Below the pieces are notes generated by a model. That model did no database searches and was not told the DNA's origin. It saw only the letters and a list, made by a program, of their open reading frames with translations. DNA of 64,000 nt from Dehalococcoidia bacterium (GTDB lineage: Bacteria > Chloroflexota > Dehalococcoidia > Lucifugimonadales > JADFKI01): NCBI GenBank assembly GCA_965200085.1, contig OZ241333.1, forward strand, positions 43,391 through 107,390, given 5' to 3'. A program made the translations under genes and the position numbers. Shown here one piece after another: positions 1 through 10,494 of this stretch; positions within the stretch are counted from its first letter, which is position 1; each line of letters starts with the position of its first letter.

Positions 1-289
1 ATACGATGAAATGAAGGTTCGGGTTCCGGAGAGCACACACTCTCCGTATGCCATCCAAGTTCTTGATACTATGTTTAACAAAACTATATTTACAAGCAGC
101 ATATTTGCAGAAATGGCTAACATCCCAAAACCAACCACAGATAGAATACTCAGCAGACTAGCCGCTGACGACATAATCCAAATCATCAGTCCCAGTAGAG
201 GACAACTACCCGCGCTGTATATATTTGAGCATCTATTCAATATCGTTGAAGGGCAAAGCGTAGAAACCTATCCAATCGATATGCTATAA
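1..289 (+). CDS. Fic family protein, C-terminal part (runs off left edge)
   Basis: Frame open from position 2 (YDEMKVRVPESTHSPYAIQVLDTMF...PTTDRILSRL...RGQLPALYIFEHL), resembling the HTH-like C-terminus of Fic proteins. Confidence 0.6.
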   Translation, partial: YDEMKVRVPESTHSPYAIQVLDTMFNKTIFTSSIFAEMANIPKPTTDRILSRLAADDIIQIISPSRGQLPALYIFEHLFNIVEGQSVETYPIDML

Positions 290-495
290 ACCTTATCTCA
301 TTTCGCAATAATATTGATAGTGAATAAATCAGATTACAAATCATATTTGGCACTTATTGATTTGCAACTGGATTTATCAATCACATACGATTTACAAATG
401 GAGTTGCAAATCATAATTTGCCAAAAATGATTGAATAACTATGGTGTGAATCATCATCAACCTGCAGACTCCAACCCAGGAGCAACAACATAACA

Positions 496-1611
496 ATGCC
501 ACAACCTATACACGCTCACCTCGTCCTAGAAGACGGCTCTACTTATCGCGGATACGCCTTTGGCGCGAATACTGCCGCGCACGGTGAAGTCGTCTTCGCC
601 ACATCAATGACCGGCTATCAAGAGATGCTCACCGATCCGTCTTTCGCCGGGCAGATTGTCGTGCCTACATACCCGCTCATCGGGAATTACGGCATCAACA
701 CCCGCGACATCGAATCACGGCGCATTCAGGTGTCCGGCTTCGTCGTGCGCGAACACAGCCTGCGACCAAGCCATTCTCTCAGCAGCATGACGCTCGACGC
801 CTATCTGAAATCGGAGGGAATCGCCGGTATCAGCGGAGTGGACACGCGCGCCATCACACGCAGACTGCGCACACAAGGGGTCATGATGGGCGCTATCAGC
901 GTGGATGAACCGCCGGAGAGCGTACTGGAGCGTCTTGAGCACATACCCGCTTACGGTGAGTTAGACTTCGTGCGGCAAGTTACGACCGAAAGCGCCTACG
1001 ACTGGAACAGCCCGCTATGGCAGAAGCCTGCGCCCGAAACCACGCGGCGCATTCTCGTCAGCGACTTCGGCTTGAAGTACAATATCCTGCGCATGCTCCG
1101 CTCCCGCGGCTGCGAAGTGGTCGCCATGCCTGCCACCGCATCGGCGCAAGACATTCTCGACCGCAACCCTGACGGCGTTATGCTCTCACCTGGACCCGGC
1201 GACCCTGAGCTGCTGGATTACGCAGTGGAAACGACTAGGGGGCTGATAGGCAAGCTGCCAATCTTCGGTATATGCCTTGGCAATCAGGTCGTAGGGCGCG
1301 CAATCGGCGGCAGCACCTTCAAGCTCAAGTTTGGGCACCGTGGCGCAAACCACCCGGTCAAAGACTTGCAGACCGGATTAGTGCATATCACCTCGCAGAA
1401 CCACGGCTATGCAGTGGATGCCAACAGCCTGCCGCAGGAAATCGAAGTAAGCCATATCAACCTCAACGACAATACAATCGAGGGGCTGCGCCATAAATCT
1501 CTGCCGGTGATAACCATCCAGTATCATTCGGAGGCATCGCCCGGCCCATTAGATAATGAGTATATGTTCGACCGATTTATGGAAATGATCGACGATTCGG
1601 AGGGGAAATAG
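496..1611 (+). CDS. carA: Carbamoyl-phosphate synthase small subunit
   Basis: LEDG...GEVVF-TSMTGYQE-LTDPS, SPGPGDP, FGICLG, GHRGANHPV, QYHSEASPGP motifs. Confidence 0.98.
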   Translation: MPQPIHAHLVLEDGSTYRGYAFGANTAAHGEVVFATSMTGYQEMLTDPSFAGQIVVPTYPLIGNYGINTRDIESRRIQVSGFVVREHSLRPSHSLSSMTLDAYLKSEGIAGISGVDTRAITRRLRTQGVMMGAISVDEPPESVLERLEHIPAYGELDFVRQVTTESAYDWNSPLWQKPAPETTRRILVSDFGLKYNILRMLRSRGCEVVAMPATASAQDILDRNPDGVMLSPGPGDPELLDYAVETTRGLIGKLPIFGICLGNQVVGRAIGGSTFKLKFGHRGANHPVKDLQTGLVHITSQNHGYAVDANSLPQEIEVSHINLNDNTIEGLRHKSLPVITIQYHSEASPGPLDNEYMFDRFMEMIDDSEGK

Positions 1612-1615
1612 ACAA

Positions 1616-2368
1616 GTGCCGAAGTTTATAAACATAGCCCATCGCGGCGCTTCAGCGCAGGCGCCGGAAAATACTTTCGCTGCTTACGACAAAGCGCTGG
1701 CAATGGGCATCAACCACATCGAGCTTGATGTACACTTAACCCGTGATGATCAGATCGTGGTCATTCACGATGACACTGTGGATAGGACAACTAACGCTCG
1801 CGGACGCGTGGCGGACTTCACATTAGACCAGCTTCGGTCTATGGATGCCGGCAGCTGGTTCAGCTCTGAATACAAAGGCGAGTCGATACGCTCTCTAGGC
1901 GAAACCCTGGAACATTACAAAGGCAGGCTGCATTTTCATATCGAGATAAAAGCGCGGAAGATTGCCGGCGGACTGGCGCGGCGTACTATAGACATGGTGC
2001 GCGGTTACGGTTTGACGGACAGCGCAACCATAACTTCGTTTAACAAGGAATGGCTGGAGGAGGCGGTGAGCTACGACTCCACCCTGCCTAAAGGATGGCT
2101 GGTGCCGTCCGGAAGCGCCTATTGGGATGACTCAATCGTCGAACAGGCAAAAGAACTTGGGCTTGCACAGGTTTGCCCGCGCGCTGACCTAACAACCCCG
2201 GAATTAGTGAACAACCTTCACGCTGAGGGGTTTGTCGTGCGCTGCCACGGCTTGTTTAATGAAGACCTGATGCGACACGTCGTCGATGTGGGCGCTGATG
2301 GGGGGACCGTGAACTTCCCGGACAAGATGGCTGATTACCTGAATACAAAAGGAATTGAGCAAAGTTAA
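1616..2368 (+). CDS. Glycerophosphodiester phosphodiesterase family protein
   Basis: IAHRGAS..APENT, IELDVHLTRD..VVIHD..VDRTT, HIEIK motifs. Confidence 0.92.
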   Translation: MPKFINIAHRGASAQAPENTFAAYDKALAMGINHIELDVHLTRDDQIVVIHDDTVDRTTNARGRVADFTLDQLRSMDAGSWFSSEYKGESIRSLGETLEHYKGRLHFHIEIKARKIAGGLARRTIDMVRGYGLTDSATITSFNKEWLEEAVSYDSTLPKGWLVPSGSAYWDDSIVEQAKELGLAQVCPRADLTTPELVNNLHAEGFVVRCHGLFNEDLMRHVVDVGADGGTVNFPDKMADYLNTKGIEQS

Positions 2369-2651
2369 GGCATATCAAAACCTGTGGTCGGCATACGACG
2401 GCTTCACCCGTATTTCTTAGCAGGTTGCCTAATCTATGCAGATGCGGCGTCTCGCTTCTACTCAGTCCGATCCCAAAGTATCGCCGTAAGGGCTTGTTTC
2501 TTTCAGCCGGCGCAAGATGACAGAAGAATACGAAGTAGCGAAAAATCACTTGCTGATATAATAGTCCTACGACGCTCAGGTCATAGACCGCCCGCGCCGT
2601 TCAATGTTCAACCCGAAGTTCCAATTCCACAAAGTAATGTAGAGAGCGGTC

Positions 2652-5600
2652 TTGCAGCAATTCAATCACACTTCCGAGCACCCCAAACCACAAAAAGTCC
2701 TAGTCATCGGTTCGGGACCTATCATCATCGGACAGGCAGCGGAGTTCGATTACGCTGGCACTCAGGCGTGCAAATCGCTGCGCGAAGAGGGTATCGTTAC
2801 CGTACTGGTGAACTCGAACCCTGCCACTATTATGACCGACGAAGACATAGCCGATGTCGTATATATTGAACCTCTGACGGTCGAGGTGCTCACGCGCATC
2901 ATCGCAGCCGAGCGTCCCGACGGCGTCCTGCCCACGCTGGGCGGGCAGACAGGCTTGAATCTAGCCGTGGAACTCGCTGAGGCTGGGGTTCTTGAAGAAT
3001 ACGACGTTCGCCTCCTCGGCACGTCTCTGCAAACTATACGCAATGCTGAAGACCGCGAACTCTTCCGGCAGCTGCTTTCGGACATCGGTGAACCTGTGCT
3101 GCCCAGCGCAATCGTTGAATCCTTGGAAGAAGGGTACAAGGCGCTGGATACACTTGGACTGCCGCTCGTAGTGCGCCCCGCATATACGCTCGGCGGCACC
3201 GGCGGCGGTATCGCCACAACGCTAGACGAATTCAACACAATCGTATCAAGCGGCATCGCCGCAAGCCCGATTAACCAAGTGCTGCTGGAACGCTCGCTAA
3301 TCGGCTGGAAGGAAATCGAATACGAAGTGATGCGAGATGCAGCCGACAACTGTATCACCATCTGCAATATGGAGAACATCGACCCAATGGGTGTCCACAC
3401 AGGCGACAGCATCGTGGTAGCGCCCAGCCAGACGCTCTCCGACAAGGAATATCAGCTCCTGCGCTCCGTTAGTCTGAAGATTATACGTGCGCTGGGCATC
3501 GAGGGGGGCTGCAACATACAGATGGCGCTCGCCCCCGGCGATGTCGTTGGCGAAACGCTGCCGGATGGAGGCGGCAAAGACAACGAATACTACATCATCG
3601 AAGTCAACCCGCGCGTCAGTCGCAGCTCCGCGCTCGCAAGCAAGGCGACCGGCTACCCTATCGCGCGTGTCGCCGCCAAGATTGCCGTAGGCAAACGATT
3701 GGACGAAATCCCCAACGCGGTTACTCAGCAGACTTTAGCCGCGTTCGAACCTGCGCTCGACTACTGCGTGGTCAAGATTCCGCGCTGGCCCTTCGACAAG
3801 TTCCCTGCCGGCGACCGATCCATCAACACGCAGATGAAAGCCACCGGCGAAGTAATGGCGATAGACCGCTCTTTTGAGGCGGCGTTCCAGAAGGCAGTCC
3901 GCTCACTCGAAATCACCAACCGAGACATTCTCTGGGAGGATACGGACTGGAGTTTCGATAGTGCGCGCGACACGGACAGCGCAGGTGATCCCACCACATC
4001 GCCGGCTGCCACATCGCCGGCTGCCACATCGCCGGCCAGTATATCACCGGAAGGTCTAAACAAAGCTCAACTGCCCTTGCATCCCAATGACGAACGACTC
4101 TGGGCTCTGCTCTACACTCTGCGGCGCGGCGTCTCCCCTGAGACGCTGTCCCGTGCAACCGGCATCGACCCCTGGTTCACGCGCGCATTCCAGAACATCG
4201 CGCTTATGGAGGAGGAGCTGCTGTCTTCGCATCTCGATTCCGATATTCTATGGCGCGCCAAGCGGCTTGGCTTCTCAGATGCGAAGATAGGCGAGCTGGC
4301 CGACCGCACCCAGCAGCAGATACGCGCCCTGCGCCGTCAGTGGAATATGCGCCCCGTCTATAAGATGGTGGACACCTGCGCTGCCGAATTCGAAGCGCAG
4401 ACGCCATATTTTTACAGCACCTACGAGCAAGAGAACGAGGCGCCGCCGCTGAACTCCGGCAAAGCGCTCGTTGTGGGCAGCGGGCCTATTCGCATCGGGC
4501 AAGGGATAGAGTTCGACTACTGCTCCGTGCATGCGGCGTGGGCGCTCGACGAAGAGGGAGTGTCCAGCATCATGGCGAACTCCAACCCGGAAACTGTGTC
4601 CACAGACTTCGACACCAGCGACCGCCTCTACTTTGAACCGCTTGACGAAGAGAGTGTTCTGGACATTCTGGAAAACGAAGCCCTCCCCGATGAAGGCACT
4701 GATCCGTACTTTCCGCCTTCTATCGTGCAGTTCGGCGGGCAGACCGCCATTAACCTCTCGCAAACGCTGGACAGCGTAAAGATGCCCATACTCGGCTCTA
4801 CTGCGCGTTCAATCGACATCGCGTCAGACCGCCATCTGTTCGAGGAGTTCCTCGCCCGGACGGGTATTCCCAATCCGCCCGGCGAAGCAGTAAACAACCT
4901 TGAACAGGCGCTCAACGTCGCGCAGAGTGTAGGCTATCCTGTGCTGGTGCGCCCCAGCTACGTACTTGGCGGCAGGGCAATGGAGATTGTGCAGAACGCC
5001 ACCGAACTTGTGCGTTATATGACGCACGCATTTGAGGCGGGTATGGGCAGGCGCGTGCTCATAGACAAGTATTTCGAGGGACGCGAGGTTGAGGTGGACG
5101 CCGTCTGTGACGGCGAGAATGTGCTGATACCCGGCATCATGGAGCATGTGGAGCGCGCTGGCGTTCACAGCGGAGACTCCCTGGCGATTTACCCGGGGCT
5201 GACCCTGACCGAAGCGGAGATTGACACCATAGTCGATTACACAACGCGCATAGGGCGCGCCCTCCAAGTTAAGGGTTTGATGAATATCCAGTATGTTGTT
5301 GTCGGCGGCGCCCCCTATCGCAGCCCGGCGACAAACCGCGCTAACGGCAATCAGAACACACAGGTGTTCGTCATTGAGGTCAATCCGCGAGCCAGCCGCA
5401 CCATCCCGTTCATATCCAAAGTGACGGGCGTGCCGATGATTCGCATTGCGATAAAAGCGATGCTCGGCAAGAGCATACTCGAAGCAGGATATGGAGACGG
5501 GCTGTGGAAGCGTCAGAATCTGGTCGCAGTGAAAGCGCCCGTATTCTCGATGTCCAAATTGTCAGGCGTGGACAACTACCTTGGACCAGAGATGAAATCG

Positions 5601-6086
5601 ACCGGCGAGGTTATGGGCATCGACACCGATTTCTCATCAGCGGTCGCGAAAGCGCTTATAGCATCCGGCATGATGCTGCCTGAGAAAGGCTCTATACTGC
5701 TGACCATCGCCGACCGCGACAAGGCAGACTCCGTACCGATGATACGACAGCTCGCCGAATCGGGCTACCGCTTGTTCGCCACAGAGGGCACGGCGCGCAT
5801 GATTCACGGGCTTGGCATCGACGCATTCGCAATCCCCAAGGCACACACAGGAGAACGACCCAGTACCGTGGACATCATCGCAGACGGCACTGTGCAGGCT
5901 GTTGTGAATACCATAGAGGGCGACCGCGAATCGCTGGAAGACGGCTTTGAAATTCGCCGCGCCGCCGTGGACAGACGTATCCCCTGCTTCACATCGTTAG
6001 ACACCGCGCGCGCCGCCGTGGAAAGTCTAATAGGCGGCGCAGCTCATTACAACATCAGACCTTTGCCGGAATATCGCGCAAATTAA
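2652..6086 (+). CDS. carB: Carbamoyl-phosphate synthase large subunit
   Basis: GSGPIIIGQAAEFDYAG, NSNPATIMTD, EVNPRVSRSSALASKATG, second half GSGPIRIGQGIEFDYC, C-terminal MGS domain. Confidence 0.98.
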   Translation: MQQFNHTSEHPKPQKVLVIGSGPIIIGQAAEFDYAGTQACKSLREEGIVTVLVNSNPATIMTDEDIADVVYIEPLTVEVLTRIIAAERPDGVLPTLGGQTGLNLAVELAEAGVLEEYDVRLLGTSLQTIRNAEDRELFRQLLSDIGEPVLPSAIVESLEEGYKALDTLGLPLVVRPAYTLGGTGGGIATTLDEFNTIVSSGIAASPINQVLLERSLIGWKEIEYEVMRDAADNCITICNMENIDPMGVHTGDSIVVAPSQTLSDKEYQLLRSVSLKIIRALGIEGGCNIQMALAPGDVVGETLPDGGGKDNEYYIIEVNPRVSRSSALASKATGYPIARVAAKIAVGKRLDEIPNAVTQQTLAAFEPALDYCVVKIPRWPFDKFPAGDRSINTQMKATGEVMAIDRSFEAAFQKAVRSLEITNRDILWEDTDWSFDSARDTDSAGDPTTSPAATSPAATSPASISPEGLNKAQLPLHPNDERLWALLYTLRRGVSPETLSRATGIDPWFTRAFQNIALMEEELLSSHLDSDILWRAKRLGFSDAKIGELADRTQQQIRALRRQWNMRPVYKMVDTCAAEFEAQTPYFYSTYEQENEAPPLNSGKALVVGSGPIRIGQGIEFDYCSVHAAWALDEEGVSSIMANSNPETVSTDFDTSDRLYFEPLDEESVLDILENEALPDEGTDPYFPPSIVQFGGQTAINLSQTLDSVKMPILGSTARSIDIASDRHLFEEFLARTGIPNPPGEAVNNLEQALNVAQSVGYPVLVRPSYVLGGRAMEIVQNATELVRYMTHAFEAGMGRRVLIDKYFEGREVEVDAVCDGENVLIPGIMEHVERAGVHSGDSLAIYPGLTLTEAEIDTIVDYTTRIGRALQVKGLMNIQYVVVGGAPYRSPATNRANGNQNTQVFVIEVNPRASRTIPFISKVTGVPMIRIAIKAMLGKSILEAGYGDGLWKRQNLVAVKAPVFSMSKLSGVDNYLGPEMKSTGEVMGIDTDFSSAVAKALIASGMMLPEKGSILLTIADRDKADSVPMIRQLAESGYRLFATEGTARMIHGLGIDAFAIPKAHTGERPSTVDIIADGTVQAVVNTIEGDRESLEDGFEIRRAAVDRRIPCFTSLDTARAAVESLIGGAAHYNIRPLPEYRAN
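3994..4036 (+). repeat. 15-bp tandem repeat (CCACATCGCCGGCTG x2.9) inside carB
   Basis: Directly visible; encodes TSPAA TSPAA TSPA. Confidence 0.95.
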
Positions 6087-6117
6087 CACAAATTAACCAG
6101 GGTAAGCGTGCCATCCT

Positions 6118-8709
6118 GTGATCCCTCTCAGACTAGGCTTAAAGAACTTCATGTGCTACCGAGATGAAGTGGCGCCTTTGCATTTCGACAGCATCCATGT
6201 TGCCTGTCTCTGCGGGGACAACGGGCATGGAAAGACAGCGCTGCTGGACGCGATTACTTGGGCGCTCTGGGGCACTGCGCGCGCAACCGTAGCACGCAAC
6301 GGAAGCATCAGCGCACCGCGTATGGGCGAGCTTGTTCATCTCGGCCGGACGGATATGAGCGTAGAGCTTGACTTCCTCGCAAAGGGGCAGCGCTACCGCG
6401 TCATGCGCCGCCACAGCATCGGCGCGCGCGGCAGCAGCAGCCGAACCACTCTCGAACTCCAAATTGCCGCATCAGAAGATTCAGAGCATTTTCGCCCGAT
6501 AAGCGCAAGCACAGTCCGCGAAACGAATGAGCGTATCATAGAAATCCTAAACATGGACTTCAAGACTTTCATCAACACGGCTTATCTGTCTCAGGGGCAA
6601 GCCGATGTTTTCACTACGAGTACGCCCACAGAGCGCAAGAAGTGCCTCGCTGAGGTGCTTGACCTATCCTACTACCAGCGCCTGTCGGACAGCGCGCGCG
6701 AGCACGGCAGAGACACACATAACCAAATGCTGAAAACCCGCACGAGAATAGATGACCGCAGCAGCGAGGCGGCGCGCAAGCCGGAATATCAGCAACGCCT
6801 AGCAGAATTAAGCACACGAATCTCGGAAGATACGCACCGCGCCAAATCTCTGCACAAGCAAATCGAAGGTCTCCGCATCGAAGTGCAGCGCATCAGGGCG
6901 CTTGAATCTGAATTCGCTGCCGTCCGACAGCGCTCGCAGTCCGCACAGTCGGATGTCGTTCGGCTGAAACGACGGATAAGCGCTGACGAGAAGCGCATTA
7001 GCGCATACCAAACAACTATTGATAACACACCACAGATACTCGAAGGCTTTGACGCGCTCCAATCCGCACAGGCCGGACTTGACAGGTTAGACGCCGCGCT
7101 GTCAGAGAAAAGCCGCCTTGACACGCAATACGCCGCACTCGCGCAGTCAATCGCTCGACAGGAAGAGCGTCTCAAGTCTGAACGAGATGCATTGCAACGC
7201 CGCATATCCAACGAACTGGAACCTCGCGCCGCGCTGCTGCCCCACATTAGAGAACGGCAAGCATCCATACCGCTGCGGCGCGCTGCACTTGCCAATCAAT
7301 TGGACGCCATCGAGAAACAGCGCACTCACGCCGACTCCGCAGCGACACAGATACATGCTCTGGCACAAGAAAACGAACGCTTGATGCAGGAAATGCAGGA
7401 GACCCGCCGAAAGTTCGACATGCTGGAGCAAGGCGAAACGACCTGCCCACTGTGCGGACAGCAGCTCGGCGAGGCCGGCAAGAACCATCTCCGCGCCGAA
7501 TATCAGCGCATCGGTGTGGCGAGCAAAAAATCATACAGCAGAAACCTTGCCCGAATAGACGCATATAAGGGCGAACGCAAAACTATAACCAAGTCGCTCG
7601 CGTCAATGGAAGCGAAGCAAAGGTCCGAAGACAGCGCGCTCGCTGCGGATGAGGCAAATCTGGCGCGCGATGAGCGCGATTCGACGCAAGCGCAGCAAGC
7701 CTTGTCGCCAACCTACAAGGAACTATCATGCAAGCAACAAGCCTTGCGCGATAAGACATTCGCACAGGACGAACGCAAGAAACTCTCTGACCTGCTCTCC
7801 GATATAGATGTGCTGGAGTATGACGCTGAAGCGCACCGACAAGCGCGCATTCAGGTAAACGCACTCCGCCGCTTCGACGCTGAACGCCATGCGCTGAACG
7901 AAGCCCAAGCCCGTCTTCCCGAAGTCAACGAATCCCTGCATATCAGCCGCCAGATGCTCACCGAGCGGCTGGATGACATAAACACGGCTGATAAACGCAT
8001 GTCAGCGCTGACACAGGACATAGATTCGCTGCCCGCGCTCACCGATAAGTTAACCGAAGCCGAAGCAAGCAGTAAGCGGCTGGATGGCGAACTGCGGCAA
8101 GCGGAGATTGAGCGCGGTGTATTAGAAAACAACATCAATCGATGCGATGAACTGGAAGCGCAGATACGCTCGCTGGAGACCGACTATAAGCGTCTCGCCC
8201 GAGACAAGGGCATCTATGACGAACTCACGACGGCATTCGGCAAAAACGGTATCCAGGCGCTCGTTATCGAGAGCGCGATTCCGCAGCTGCAAGACGATGC
8301 GAACGAACTTCTCGCGCGCATCACCGAGAACCGTATGCATCTGAAGCTGGAACTAGACGAGAGCACATCGGAGCGGCTGGAGATACGCATTGCGGACGAA
8401 CTTGGCACACGCGACTACCTGACATTCAGCGGAGGCGAGGCGTTTCGCATCAACTTTGCGCTGCGTATCGCCCTGTCGCGCCTGCTCGCTCGCCGCTCCG
8501 GCGCGCCTCTGCCCGTGCTGTTCATAGACGAAGGCTTCGGTTCTCAGGACAGGGGCGGTCAGGAACGCCTGACCGAAGCTATCCAGTCGATTCAGGATGA
8601 GTTTGAGAAGATAATCGTCATTACGCACATCGACCAGATGAAAGAAGCCTTTCCGGTCCGTATAGAAGTCAGCAAAGGAGAGCGCGGCTCGACATTCAGC
8701 ATAGTGTGA
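6118..8709 (+). CDS. sbcC: SMC-family ATPase, SbcC/Rad50-like
   Basis: Walker A GDNGHGKT, Q-loop YLSQG, central CPLCG zinc hook in coiled coil, FSGGE signature, Walker B FIDEGFG, ITH. Confidence 0.88.
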   Translation: MIPLRLGLKNFMCYRDEVAPLHFDSIHVACLCGDNGHGKTALLDAITWALWGTARATVARNGSISAPRMGELVHLGRTDMSVELDFLAKGQRYRVMRRHSIGARGSSSRTTLELQIAASEDSEHFRPISASTVRETNERIIEILNMDFKTFINTAYLSQGQADVFTTSTPTERKKCLAEVLDLSYYQRLSDSAREHGRDTHNQMLKTRTRIDDRSSEAARKPEYQQRLAELSTRISEDTHRAKSLHKQIEGLRIEVQRIRALESEFAAVRQRSQSAQSDVVRLKRRISADEKRISAYQTTIDNTPQILEGFDALQSAQAGLDRLDAALSEKSRLDTQYAALAQSIARQEERLKSERDALQRRISNELEPRAALLPHIRERQASIPLRRAALANQLDAIEKQRTHADSAATQIHALAQENERLMQEMQETRRKFDMLEQGETTCPLCGQQLGEAGKNHLRAEYQRIGVASKKSYSRNLARIDAYKGERKTITKSLASMEAKQRSEDSALAADEANLARDERDSTQAQQALSPTYKELSCKQQALRDKTFAQDERKKLSDLLSDIDVLEYDAEAHRQARIQVNALRRFDAERHALNEAQARLPEVNESLHISRQMLTERLDDINTADKRMSALTQDIDSLPALTDKLTEAEASSKRLDGELRQAEIERGVLENNINRCDELEAQIRSLETDYKRLARDKGIYDELTTAFGKNGIQALVIESAIPQLQDDANELLARITENRMHLKLELDESTSERLEIRIADELGTRDYLTFSGGEAFRINFALRIALSRLLARRSGAPLPVLFIDEGFGSQDRGGQERLTEAIQSIQDEFEKIIVITHIDQMKEAFPVRIEVSKGERGSTFSIV

Positions 8710-8822
8710 GGTTACACACAATACATAGTATGCGAACAGGCAGGGCGTATGCGGCTGTTACGCAGCGGCTTGCCAGCGATTCATTGCGCGGCAGGGCGGC
8801 GTGCCTGCGGCGGCGCTGTATA

Positions 8823-9176
8823 CTAATGCATGATTATGAATACCAATGAGACCAAGAAAAATACCAATAATATCGCCAGCAGAACTGCGCCTAAAATCGC
8901 CTTGCTCTGAGTTGGATTGGCTCTCATAGATTTTCTCAAAGCGTATGTGCCTATTCCCCACACCACACCTAGAAAGATGATTCTTACGGGATTTAGTGTG
9001 TCTGTTATCATTCCGGTAACAACATCCATCATTAAGTTGACTATCACCATATAGAATAAAATGTCGCATATCAAGATTCCCCAATGTCGCTGCTGCAATG
9101 ACAAGTCAAATACCTCCTGTCGAGCGCTCCGGCAATCGGAGTGTAACCCTAACAGTGAGCAGTTAACAACCGACAT
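8823..9176 (-). CDS. Small hypothetical membrane protein (start uncertain)
   Basis: ORF with about three hydrophobic segments in AT-richer DNA. Confidence 0.4.
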   Translation of the reverse strand: MSVVNCSLLGLHSDCRSARQEVFDLSLQQRHWGILICDILFYMVIVNLMMDVVTGMITDTLNPVRIIFLGVVWGIGTYALRKSMRANPTQSKAILGAVLLAILLVFFLVSLVFIIMH

Positions 9177-9291
9177 GCTGACGGCATGCTGATTGAACTA
9201 CATGACGACCCTTTTAATTGAGTGCTAATTAAGCAAGATAGGTAATTTACTCACACTGATATATCTCGTTATTTCATGGTAGGTTGTTAAC

Positions 9292-10344
9292 ATGAAGTTT
9301 GGACTTTTCACACACGTCCCCTGGCCCGAAGGAGAAGCCCCGTCTCGGCTGTTTGCAGAGTGCGTGGAGCAGGCTGTGTTCGCAGAGCAGATCGGCTTTC
9401 ACAGCATCTGGATTGCTGAGCACCACTTCTCGCGGTATAGTCTAGGGTCGTCCTCGCTGGTGCTGGCGGCTGCAATAGCCTCGCGCACGGAGCGCATACG
9501 GCTGGGCACGGGCGTGCTTATACCCACGCTGCACAACCCGATACGGCTTGCGGAGGACACGGCGACACTCGACTGCGTGAGCGGCGGACGGCTGGACGTG
9601 GGCTTTGGACGCGGCACTTTCGGATATGAGTATGGAGGCTTCGGCGTGGACGAGGCGGAAGCGCATGCGCGCTTTCGGGAGAGTGTTCGCATTGTGCAGG
9701 GACTGTGGACTACGCCTGAGTTCTCGCACGATGGCGAATTCTACTCGCTAAACAAGCTAAACCTAGTGCCGCCGCCCGTGCAGACGCCGCATCCGCCCAT
9801 CTACATCGCCGCGTCGTACACTCCGCAAACGCTTGAATTCCTAGTGAACGGCGGCTATAAGCTTTGCATCGCAGTTGTGCAGGACACGCAGCGTTCGCTC
9901 GAACTGTGCCAGCGCTATCTGTCGCTGGCAGCCGACACCGGCAGGGCTAATACGTTGGCGGATGTGCCGTTCTTCCGATACTTCTATGTCGCCGAGACGG
10001 AGGCGCAGGCGCGCGAGGACACGGCAGCACACATCAACTGGATACTGGACATTATGCAGTGGCGGCGCAATTTCAGCGAGAGCAGCGAAGTTCCATATCG
10101 CATGGCAGACTGGCGCAGAGAACGCACCGAGCTTCCGCTGAGTTTCGACTACATCCGCGACAACCGAGCCTTCATCGGCACGCCCAACCAGTGCACGGCG
10201 CAGATTGCGGAACTGCGCGAGCAGGGTGTGGAATACTTCGGCTGCAACTTCGCCATGGGCGGAATATCGCACGATAAGGTGATGCGTTCCATGCAGCTTT
10301 TCGCCGATGAGATAATGCCGCGCTTCACCGATAGCCCAAGTTAG
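9292..10344 (+). CDS. LLM-class flavin-dependent oxidoreductase (luciferase-like monooxygenase)
   Basis: MKFGLF, GFHSIWIAEHHF, IRLGTGV, PIRLAEDTATLD..SGGRLDVGFGRG, P-Q-PHPPIY. Confidence 0.95.
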   Translation: MKFGLFTHVPWPEGEAPSRLFAECVEQAVFAEQIGFHSIWIAEHHFSRYSLGSSSLVLAAAIASRTERIRLGTGVLIPTLHNPIRLAEDTATLDCVSGGRLDVGFGRGTFGYEYGGFGVDEAEAHARFRESVRIVQGLWTTPEFSHDGEFYSLNKLNLVPPPVQTPHPPIYIAASYTPQTLEFLVNGGYKLCIAVVQDTQRSLELCQRYLSLAADTGRANTLADVPFFRYFYVAETEAQAREDTAAHINWILDIMQWRRNFSESSEVPYRMADWRRERTELPLSFDYIRDNRAFIGTPNQCTAQIAELREQGVEYFGCNFAMGGISHDKVMRSMQLFADEIMPRFTDSPS

Positions 10345-10494
10345 CTCGCGCTATCGGTTGATTATGCCTCGTATGTGCGGCAATTCTGAATGGGAACGCT
10401 GTCCAATGCTCCAATCTAAAACCTTGATTGAAACAGCAAAAGTTCAGGTCATCTACGGATGACCGCACAATAGATACAGGATGAAGAGACAAAT

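Noticed and set aside
2384-2869. 161-aa ORF overlapping the carB start
   Set aside because: Different frame over carB with no recognisable motifs; likely spurious
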